Source: an uncultured cyanobacterium
GTDB lineage: Bacteria; Cyanobacteriota; Cyanobacteriia; Cyanobacteriales; CAWUOF01
Direction: 5' to 3'
Length of the DNA: 64,000 bases
Assembly (NCBI GenBank): GCA_963744145.1
Contig: CAVUSO010000001.1
Span: forward strand, 2,880,001-2,944,000
Part shown: positions 62,835 through 64,000 of the stretch, one piece after another
Layout of the letters: each line of letters starts with the position of its first letter
Position numbering within the stretch: position 1 is the stretch's first letter
Notes under the pieces: generated by a model
Told to the model about the DNA's origin: nothing
The model's input: only the letters and a program-made list of their open reading frames with translations
Database searches by the model: none
Position numbers and translations under genes: made by a program

Positions 62835-63252
62835 TACAAAAGGTAAATCACTGATTGGAATATTGCTATTTTTACAAAACGCGATCGGCTCATTCAGTAT
62901 CCGATGGTGAAAACAGCAATTCTAAATCTCGAATCGCATTATATGAGAAAGAATATGTACTCATCGTTAGGACTCAGAGATATTACTCAAGAGTATTCTC
63001 GTTTAAATCTTGCGTAAGTTTTGCCCAAGCTAATCACATCTTTAAAACAACTGTTTGGCATAGTATTTATGCCTTTTTTATTGTGCTTAATTTAACAGCT
63101 TCTATAGAACCTATAATAAAGCGGATTCCTACTTGATGAAGTACACTCTTCTTTGAAGATCACCTAGTTTCTGGCCAGCGCTGTACTCTATTTTTATGGA
63201 ATCCGCTGTATACTCCAGTCGAACCTAGCATTAGTTGTTGGCTGTTCTAAGT

Positions 63253-63999
63253 TTACTGGGTTCTTTTTTGTTCACTTTGATAGCGTAAATATTCACCAAT
63301 AAATGCTAAGAAACCAGATGCAATCATTAAAATTACACTCAGAGCATTAATATCTGGTTTGACACCTGTCCGAATCCGACTAAAAATTTCCATTGGTAAG
63401 GTATTAGCACCACTACCAGAGGTGAAACTAGCAATTAAAAAGTCATCCATACTTAATACAAATGCTAGTAAACAACCTGAGACAATTCCTGGCATTAATT
63501 GCGGCAATAAAACTTGAAAAAAAGCTTGAACTGGTGTTGCTCCTAAATCAAGAGCAGCTTCTTCTAAAAAAGGATTTAAGTCTGCTAATCGAGTTGAAAC
63601 GTTAATAGCTACATAGGAAATACAGAACACAATATGAGCCGCAACAATTGTCCACAAACTCAGCGGAATAGACACCACAGCCAAAAAAATCAGAGTAGCA
63701 ACAGCGATCGCAATATCGGGAATAATTAACGGTAGATAAGAAATCCCTCGATATAAAGCTTTACCAGGAAATCGATATCGAGCTAATCCCACAGCCATTA
63801 AAGTTCCTAAAACTGCGGAAGTTAACACAGCACATATTGCCACAGTTAAGCTAATTCTCAATGCGCTTAAAATGCGCTCATCGTTAAATAATTTGTTATA
63901 CCAATTGAGAGTAAATCCTTCCCAACCAGCACTATAAGAAGATTGGTTAAAACTATAAAAAGTCAGTACAAAAATGGGCAAATACATGAATAAAAACAT
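63253..63999 (-). CDS. potC: Polyamine ABC transporter permease (PotC-like), runs off the window end
   Basis: YLPI..YSFN, EEAALDLGA, LSMDDF and TLPMEIFS motifs. Confidence 0.88.
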   Translation of the reverse strand: MFLFMYLPIFVLTFYSFNQSSYSAGWEGFTLNWYNKLFNDERILSALRISLTVAICAVLTSAVLGTLMAVGLARYRFPGKALYRGISYLPLIIPDIAIAVATLIFLAVVSIPLSLWTIVAAHIVFCISYVAINVSTRLADLNPFLEEAALDLGATPVQAFFQVLLPQLMPGIVSGCLLAFVLSMDDFLIASFTSGSGANTLPMEIFSRIRTGVKPDINALSVILMIASGFLAFIGEYLRYQSEQKRTQ

Positions 64000-64000
64000 C

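Noticed and set aside
62855..63250. 93-aa ORF or gene remnant before potC
   Set aside because: TTG start, no recognisable family and multiple stops in neighbouring frames; it cannot be supported without a search
1..64000. High density of GCGATCGC as a novel signal
   Set aside because: This is the well-known cyanobacterial HIP1 octamer; it is used here only as a taxonomic clue and junction marker

Overview
This is a chromosomal window from a cyanobacterium, judged from the dense HIP1 octamer GCGATCGC and the genes psbH, rpaB and cyanobacterial hfq-dapF; the repeat-rich, AT-rich style suggests a filamentous taxon. The housekeeping backbone includes pyrF, tyrS, a class A PBP, radA, rpaB, dxs, the methionine salvage genes mtnD/X/B/A, pth, tatA, psbH, hfq, dapF, thiE/thiS and potC. 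It is interrupted by many accessory insertions: an IS630 broken by a 28-bp palindrome, an IS607 that keeps only tnpA, a complete ISAs1 with 10-bp target duplications, MITEs, three tandem arrays of a ~276-bp double-hairpin REP/MITE unit, and 24-bp micro-elements nested in each other, in HIP1 sites and in a gene. Cargo includes toxin-antitoxin and nuclease genes, a TPR-CHAT protease, a lipoxygenase and an SNF2 helicase. Two patterns stand out. (1) A Ser/Thr kinase-GUN4 gene ends in a 100-nt coding stretch with only 3 adenines and a G-quadruplex motif, followed by a constant 31-bp tail. That tail is shared with a second, deleted kinase paralogue, and both genes sit directly upstream of the same REP array, making this a candidate localized diversification system. 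No reverse transcriptase or template repeat is visible here, so the idea is unproven. (2) Accessory cargo is repeatedly bracketed by 43-560 bp direct duplications of host sequence, with several junctions at HIP1-like GCGATC sites. No rRNA, tRNA or CRISPR array was found. Protein family names come from motif recognition, not database searches.
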